Below, one piece after another: positions 7,669-13,095 of a stretch of DNA of 13,095 bases. The stretch's first letter is position 1. Each line of letters starts with the position of its first letter. Source of the stretch: Calditrichia bacterium (GTDB taxonomy: Bacteria; Calditrichota; Calditrichia; JAJRVZ01); contig CAVZSQ010000012.1 of the NCBI GenBank assembly GCA_963777955.1, forward strand, positions 1 to 13,095, given 5' to 3'. The position numbers and the translations under genes are program-made. Below the pieces are notes generated by a model. The model ran no database searches, was not told where the DNA came from, and saw only the letters and a program-made list of their open reading frames with translations.

Positions 7669-9295
7669 ATGAAATTATTTATTATTTTTCTATTACCCTT
7701 TTGCCTTTGGCCTTTGGCCTGGCAGATATCATCCACATCCCCGCCGACGCCCCCACCATCCAGCAGGGCATCGACCAGGCTCAGACAGGCGATACGGTGC
7801 TGGTGGCCGAAGGGACTTATTATGAGAACATCAGTTTCAAAGGTAAAGCCATCACCGTGGCCAGTGAGTTTCTAATGGATGCCGATACCAGCCATATTTC
7901 CAAAACAATTATCGACGGCAGCCAGCATACGAATCCGGATAGTGGCACAGTGGTATATTTTGTAAACGGGGAAACCAAAAATTCTGTTCTATTTGGCTTT
8001 ACCATTACCGGAGGATCCGGAACAGATTGGATCTGGCCAGCCAGCAGTACTCAACTTTGTACAGGTGGTGGTATAATGATATGGGCAGGTGGAAGAATTG
8101 AATGTAATAGAATTATAAATAATTATATTAATCGTGAAAATGGTATTTATTGTCATGGAGGTGGTATTGATGTGATGAGTTGGGGTATCAATGACACAGT
8201 AGTAGTAACAAATAATGAGATTATTGGAAATACAATTAATGCATGGTGGGGTGGTGGTGCAGGGTGTAATTGGGATCTTAGGATATATTTTATTTGAAAA
8301 TAATATCGTAGAAAATAATATTTATAATACTAATGGAGGTGTTGGTCAAGGAGGTATCTATATTTGGGGGAGTCAAGATTGGACAGGAGAGATAGTTTTT
8401 AAAAAATTTACTTCAAGGAAATGTTTTAAATGTATCAATACGATATACGGTTTTGGTGGAGGAATTTATATCGAAAATTGCAGTCCAAAAATTTATAATA
8501 ATATAATACGCGAAAATACCTACATCAGATATGGTGGCGGTATTGATGTATCCTGGTGGAGTGGTTGGAGGATTCAAATCCTATATTGATTAATAATACT
8601 ATTATTAATAACACGGCCACATATGGTGGAGGGATTTATGTTCACTCTGAAGAAGCAGGAAAAGCTAATCCGCTAGTAATTAATACAATTATCTGGGGTA
8701 ATACGCCACTACTGATCCAGGAATTAATCTTTAAACGCATCGATTCGACTTTACAATTCCCTTGTCCAGGATTCAGATTATATCAATCTTGATAATGGTG
8801 TCTTCTGCTCCGATCCCTTGTTTGCCGATACGCTCGGTCATCTTTCGAACAGAGTCCGGCGATCGGAAGCGGCGTGGCCAGCTGGAAGTGAATGACACTA
8901 CCTATCTGGCCCCCGCTACAGATTTTGAAGGTAATCCCAGACCTTCACCAGCCGATGCCCTGGTGGATATCGGCGCCTTTGAATCACCGTATGTAGCGGT
9001 CGGTGTTAACGATCTGCCACTATGTTACTTATGGCCTATAATTTAAAACAGAACTATCCCAATCCATTTAATCCGACGACCTATATCCAATTCTTAATTC
9101 CCAAACCTGAATCTGTTACTCTGGAAATCTATAACCTGCTTGGTCAGAAAATAGTTACGCTAATTAACGAAAAGTTTAATGCCGGTTCGCATACAATAGT
9201 CTGGAACGCAGAGAACCTGGCCAGTGGAGTGTATCTATATCGCCTGCAGGCGGGTTCATTTTGAACAGGTGAGGAAGATGGTGTTGTTGAGGTAG
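7669..9295 (+). CDS. Secreted right-handed parallel beta-helix (pectin-lyase-like fold) protein with a C-terminal T9SS-type-A/FlgD-like sorting domain; multiple apparent frameshifts
   Basis: GGAGGAGG RBS at 7655-7662 and a signal peptide, then ADIIHIPADAPTIQQGIDQAQTGDTVLVAEGTYYENISFKGKAITVAS, repeated GGGI(Y/D) and NNxIxxN motifs, TDFEGNPRP...VDIGAFE, and YNLKQNYPNPFNPTT...LASGVYLYRLQAGSF-EQVRKMVLLR, ending at TAG 9293-9295. Confidence 0.85.
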
Positions 9296-9315
9296 GGGCG
9301 AATCATGATTCGCCC
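9292..9315 (+). repeat. GTAG-type REP-like palindrome overlapping the upstream stop codon
   Basis: GTAG followed by the perfect 20-bp palindrome GGGCGAATCATGATTCGCCC (9296-9315). Confidence 0.8.
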
Positions 9316-9333
9316 GTTATGCGAGTACGAATA

Positions 9334-9397
9334 ACCCACCCCTCTTCCCCTCCCTGTCCGGCACCTGCTGGACAGGGAGGGGATTATAGGGGAGGGT
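9334..9397. repeat. Long pyrimidine/purine hairpin element (CCCCTCCC...GGGAGGGG type)
   Basis: 18-bp stem 9346-9363 / 9366-9383 with one G-T, extended by ACCCACCCCT / AGGGGAGGGT. The left arm recurs at 13060-13081. Confidence 0.75.
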
Positions 9398-9406
9398 CAA
9401 TTAACC

Positions 9407-9472
9407 GGTCGTCTCGATACGATCCCGACCTGTCTGCCGCCAGGCAGGTAAATCGGGGTCTACTCGACGACC
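9407..9472. repeat. Triple-nested hairpin
   Basis: Outer GGTCGTC/GACGACC, middle GATCCCGA/TCGGGGTC, inner ACCTGTCTG-CCGC-CAGGCAGGT. Confidence 0.75.
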
Positions 9473-9533
9473 AACACTCTCTCCCGCATAAACAGCAAAA
9501 CAGTCATTCCCGCAAAACGTGCACCAATAACTA

Positions 9534-9566
9534 CCACCTTAAGGGTGCCATGCACCCTTAAGGTGG
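9534..9566. repeat. Perfect 15-bp inverted repeat, copy 2 of 3
   Basis: CCACCTTAAGGGTGC-CAT-GCACCCTTAAGGTGG, 7 nt beyond the GYD copy 2 stop codon. Confidence 0.9.
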
Positions 9567-9573
9567 CGAGTAG

Positions 9574-9858
9574 TTAAACCTCCCCCATAATCTTATCAAA
9601 CTTTTCAACCGGAATCGCCTCAGAAGTGGCGAAAGCGATACCGGTTAATTTGCTCAGGGCGATTGATGCCTTCAAAGCCGCTTCCATACCGGGAAAATCG
9701 ATTACAAACAACAGGTCTTTTTCTCCCAGTAAAGCGTACATCGATTTAACCTCACCGCCCAATTTCTTTACCAGATCCAGGGACTTCCTGGTACGATCGC
9801 CGCTGATGTCTTTTATTGCACCGGCTGAATATTTCCCCATTAGTACATAGGTAGCCAT
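9574..9858 (-). CDS. GYD-domain protein, copy 2
   Basis: Intact 94-aa ORF MATYVLMGKYSAGAIKDISGDRTRKS..., preceded by a GAAAGGAAA RBS. It is a paralogue of 1898..2197. Confidence 0.9.
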   Translation of the reverse strand: MATYVLMGKYSAGAIKDISGDRTRKSLDLVKKLGGEVKSMYALLGEKDLLFVIDFPGMEAALKASIALSKLTGIAFATSEAIPVEKFDKIMGEV

Positions 9859-9952
9859 ATAATTTCCTTTCTTTTAAGATAAGTTAATTTGTTCTAAAAC
9901 ATAATATTAAAGAAGTGATCATTTAGATTCTGAATAGGATTATAGTGAGGTT

Positions 9953-9980
9953 AATATACTTATTTCACCCATGATTGCAA
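9953..9980 (-). promoter_or_regulatory. Putative sigma70 promoter of GYD copy 2
   Basis: Minus strand TTGCAA-N16-TATATT, conserved with 2271-2298. Confidence 0.65.
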
Positions 9981-9994
9981 CAAAATTCTAAAAA

Positions 9995-10029
9995 GCCACC
10001 TTAAGGGTGCTTCACACCCTTAAGGTGGC
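9995..10029. repeat. Perfect 15-bp inverted repeat, copy 3 of 3
   Basis: GCCACCTTAAGGGTG-CTTCA-CACCCTTAAGGTGGC, lying between the divergent GYD and TetR promoters. Confidence 0.9.
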
Positions 10030-10034
10030 CTATC

Positions 10035-10141
10035 TTAACCACCCGCTTTAACCGTTTAGTTAATTTAATCCTTGACATTTGATCATTTTCCTTTTATCTT
10101 AACCAAACAATTTAACCAACCGGATAAATTAAACGGTTAAA
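10035..10141 (+). promoter_or_regulatory. sigma70 promoter with an array of putative TetR operator sites
   Basis: TTGACA (10072-10077)-N17-TATCTT (10095-10100). TTAACC half-sites occur at 10035, 10048, 10099 and 10112, and GGTTAA at 10135-10140. TTTAACCGTTTA (10047-10058) is the exact inverse of TAAACGGTTAAA (10130-10141). Confidence 0.7.
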
Positions 10142-10151
10142 AGAGGAAAGG

Positions 10152-10801
10152 ATGGAAATTATCAACTGACACCGAACAGAAAATCCTGCTGGCGGCCCGG
10201 GAAATCTTCCTGGAAAAAGGTAAAGATGGCGCCCGCATGCAGGAAATCGCCGACTGCGCTGGAATAAATAAAGCCCTGCTCCATTACTATTTCCGCTCCA
10301 AGGACCGCCTGTTCAGCCAGATTTTCCTGACTGAATTCAAATCCGTATTCAGCACCCTCTTTGAGTCCGTCTCCACCGAAACCGATTTCCATAAATTCTT
10401 GGAAAAATTCATAACCACCTATCTTACTCTGATCAGCCCCCGGCGAAATTTGTTGCGGTTTATTCTATGGGAGAGCGAAAAAACTAAAGTAGAATTTGCC
10501 AGGTTTATAATCGAAGAGAGCAGGAAAAAAGGATTCAAAGAAAATCCGTTGATCGATTCAACGCTCGCAGCGATCGGCTAATAAACAAATCAAGGATATC
10601 GATGCCGTCAACCTCATCCTCAGTTTGCTGGGTATGTGTATTTTTCCACTGATCGCGGCGCCGATCATCGAAAAAATGTTTCATAATCTTAAGATCAATA
10701 CCCCCGCTTTCCTGGATAAACGCGCTGCTGAAATTCTTAACCTGATCTGGAACGGTATCGGTCCTGAAAGAAAATATCAACCGTCCATAAATAGGAGATA
10801 A
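10152..10801 (+). CDS. TetR/AcrR family transcriptional regulator (two apparent frameshifts, near 10157 and 10575)
   Basis: GAGGAAAGG RBS. Removing one A gives MELSTDTEQKILLAAREIFLEKGKDGARMQEIADCAGINKALLHYYFRSKDRLF (TetR HTH). The C-terminus IKDIDAVNLILSLLGMCIFPLIAAP...LIWNGI ends at TAA 10799-10801. Confidence 0.88.
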
Positions 10802-10806
10802 ATCCT

Positions 10807-12174
10807 ATGTTTGTCAAAATATTTGCGCTGCTCGGAAATAGATTATGCAATATAAAATATGAAGATTACTTCGCCGTGTTTGTTGTTGCCTGGTTATTAA
10901 TTTTCCCCGCTGTGCTGCCGGCACAGGAGTTACTAACTCTGGATAAAGTTTGGGACCTGGCCCTGCATAATAACCTGGCCCTGCAACAACAAGTCCACTC
11001 CATCGAGCAGGCCAATAAAGAAATCTGGATCCAGCAAACCGGATTATTGCCGGCCCTGAGTTTGACCTCCTACTATCAGTATCAATCGGAACTGGCCCGC
11101 ATCGAATTGCCCTTCATGGGCTTTGCAGGCATCGAAGCCGGAGTCCATAATCAATATGATCTCCATGCTCTCATTCAGCAACCTGTCTTCAGAGGATTTC
11201 GTACCTACTACTCTGTCCGGGCTGCTAAAAAAAAGTATGAATTGCAGATTGCCCAAAAGACAGTGCAACAGAATGTGCTGTTGCTGCAAGCCGTTCAACT
11301 ATTTTTCGATCTGCAGTTGAATTTTTTACGGCAGGAGGTTTTGCAGAAAAGCATCGAGCGCACGGCCCTGCAGTTGGAAAGACTGGACAATTTACTGGCC
11401 GCCCGGCAAATCAGTCCCTTCGATACCCTGGAGATCGCCAATCATAAACTGGACCAGTTGAACCGTTTGCAATTGATCCGGGACCAGCAGAAGATACTGC
11501 ACTCGAAACTTGAATATTTACTCGACATACCTGAACTGCCCGCAGTACAGCATCGATCCGCAACCGAGATCACTTTCACTCTGAAACCCCTGAACGAATA
11601 CCAAACCCTGGCCATGGAAAAACGTCCGGAGTTAAAACAGACAGCAATATCATACCAGCTACAGCAAGATGCCACCAGCATGATCAGAGCCGCTTATTAT
11701 CCACAGATTAGTGCACAGTTGGCTTATCATTATGCCCGGCCCGGGGTGAACTACTTCAAAGATGAATGGATGAAGTATTATAATTTCGGTATCAATCTGC
11801 AATGGAATCTATGGAACTGGAGCAGGGATGCCGCTAAAGTCCAGCAGGCAAAACTGGAACAATACAAACTTGATCTGGAAAACCAGAAACTGGTCAATGA
11901 TATTAAACAACAGGTGAAGGAAGTCTATCTATATCTGCAAAGTCTGATTCAGCAAAGTCAATTACTAAAACAGTGCTTATCGAACAGGAAAACGAACGCT
12001 ACCGGATTACCCAGGAAAAATTTCAACAGGGGCTGATGACCTCCCTGGACCTGAATACTGCCGAACATGCCCTGACCGAAGCGCAACTGCGTCTGCAGGA
12101 AAATAATATCTCCTGGCAAAAATACAAAATACAAACTATAGTTCGTTTGTGGCACTATCGGCACAACCGAGTAG
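10807..12174 (+). CDS. TolC family outer-membrane efflux protein (apparent frameshifts near 11970 and 12135)
   Basis: Signal peptide + LTLDKVWDLALHNN, LLPALSL, IQQPVFRGF, AMEKRPELKQ, AAYYPQIS, GINLQWNLWNW, then YRITQEKFQQGLMTSLDLNTAEHALTEAQ. Probable end is GTIGTTE-TAG at 12172-12174. The exact start is uncertain. Confidence 0.88.
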
Positions 12175-12182
12175 GAGGAAAG

Positions 12183-13053
12183 ATGAAATTATACCCAGTT
12201 GTACTAATCATACTGATTTTCTTTTTTGGGTGTAAAAATGATGCCCGTCATCAATATACCGGCGTACTGGAGGGTACGGCCGTAAAGGTACCGGCTTTGG
12301 CCGGAGGACAAATCCTGGCGCTGTATGTTGATAGCGGTGATCAGGTTGTTAAAGATCAAAAAATTGCCGTCATCGATTCAACCGAACTGGTCTTCCAGCG
12401 GCAGCAATTGCAGGCCGCGTTGCTGGAGTTACAGATCCAGCAGGAAATTGCACGCACTACATTCGATAAAATCACATCCGATCTGGCTTATGTCCAGGAA
12501 AAATACGACCGTGTTGCCCAACTATATCAGAAAAATTCAGCACCAAGGCAAAATCTTGATGATGCCCAAAACCAGTTGCAGACAGTAAACTCCTCGCATC
12601 GTTCGGCCCGCCAGAATTTGCAAAGCCTGGCTGCCCGGCAGCAACAGGTACAGGCTCAACTTAATCTGGCCAACAAAAAAATTCGCGATACAGTTATTCT
12701 CTCACCCCGTGCCGGTATAGTCACCACCAAATTTTACCGAAACGGGAGAAGCGGTTATGCCGCTCAGTCCGGTAGTGGAAATTATCGATATCCGTACCAT
12801 CGAAATAAAAATCTATATAAGTGAAACACAATTATCACAGGTTAAATATGGACAAACCGTGCGGGTAATTATCGATGGCCTGGAAAAAAATATGACCGGC
12901 CAGGTCGACTGGATCAGCCCGAAAGCTGAATTTACACCCAAATCAATCTTAACACCCGAAACCAGGACCTCGCTGGTTTATGCAGTTAAAATTTCCATAG
13001 ACAATCCCGAGGCTCTGCTTAAACATGGTATGCCGGTGGTGATAGAGTTATAA
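12183..13053 (+). CDS. HlyD family efflux periplasmic adaptor, lipoprotein (apparent frameshift near 12740)
   Basis: AGGAGG RBS, MKLYPVVLIILIFFFG-C, GGQILALYVDSGDQVVKDQKIAVID lipoyl-like motif, coiled coil, ILSPRAGIV, GQVDWISPKAEFTPKSILTPETRTSLVYAVKI, LKHGMP. The AEFTPK signature is typical of YbhG-like adaptors of ABC exporters. Confidence 0.9.
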
Positions 13054-13059
13054 ATGACC

Positions 13060-13095
13060 CCCACCCCTCTGTCCCCTCCCTTTCAGCCTGTTGGC
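13060..13095. repeat. Left arm of a second CCCCTCCC-type hairpin element (truncated by the window end)
   Basis: CCCACCCCTCTGTCCCCTCCCT matches CCCACCCCTCT-TCCCCTCCCT at 9335 apart from one inserted G. Confidence 0.65.

Larger units (their letters stand above)
9402..9986. repeat. Direct-repeat unit B, homologous to 1628-2304
   Basis: Same landmarks in the same order and orientation as unit A. The two GYD genes are offset by 7676 bp. Confidence 0.9.

Noticed and set aside
9319..9561. 80-aa ORF across the palindrome cluster
   Set aside because: It has no clear RBS, has low-complexity composition, and is made of GC-rich repeats that lack stops by chance.
9525..9579. Possible integron attC site after GYD copy 2 (minus strand GTTTAAC containing the stop codon, long stem, then GTTATTG)
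   Set aside because: The distal box does not fit GTTRRRY, the core stem is perfect with no extrahelical bases, copy 1 lacks the distal box, the gene has its own promoter, and no integrase is present.
1898..9858. GYD pair as template and variable repeats of a diversity-generating retroelement
   Set aside because: The differences are mostly synonymous and involve all four bases rather than being adenine-specific, and there is no reverse transcriptase in the window.
1628..9986. Duplication as a pure assembly artefact
   Set aside because: About 15% nucleotide divergence, biased to synonymous sites and with compensatory hairpin changes, cannot come from sequencing error. A two-strain chimera is not fully excluded.
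1858..10029. Palindromic ~33-35 bp repeats as CRISPR repeats
   Set aside because: There are only three copies, separated by about 7.6 kb and 430 bp, with no regular spacers and no cas genes.
83..13053. Stop-codon reassignment or programmed frameshifting to explain the broken ORFs
   Set aside because: The breaks are frame changes rather than in-frame stops, they occur at heterogeneous sites with no shared slippery motif, and TAA, TAG and TGA all end genes normally.

Overview
A bacterial chromosomal window, probably from an FCB-superphylum organism outside Bacteroidota, such as Calditrichota or KSB1. That placement is inferred from a QNYPNPFNP-type C-terminal sorting domain and a hybrid two-component sensor occurring with AGGAGG Shine-Dalgarno sites and canonical sigma70 promoters. 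Almost every long gene is split by single-base indels, which looks like uncorrected long-read error. Gene order: NapH/NapG-like fused 4Fe-4S membrane protein (+), GYD-domain gene copy 1 (-), hybrid two-component sensor/AraC regulator (HTCS, +), unknown lipoprotein (+), secreted beta-helix protein with a C-terminal sorting domain (+), GYD-domain gene copy 2 (-), then TetR, TolC-family and HlyD-family genes (+). Four things stand out. (i) The sensor/lipoprotein/secreted-protein module lies between two diverged ~0.6-0.7 kb direct repeats, each holding palindromes, a GYD gene and its promoter. (ii) There is a dense set of short palindromic repeats, some nested and some with compensatory base-pair changes. 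(iii) Two copies of a GTAG-type REP-like palindrome lie inside the sensor-kinase reading frame and are translated in different frames. (iv) The secreted protein has a strongly AT-rich central section. No RNA genes, CRISPR array, integrase, transposase or reverse transcriptase were seen.
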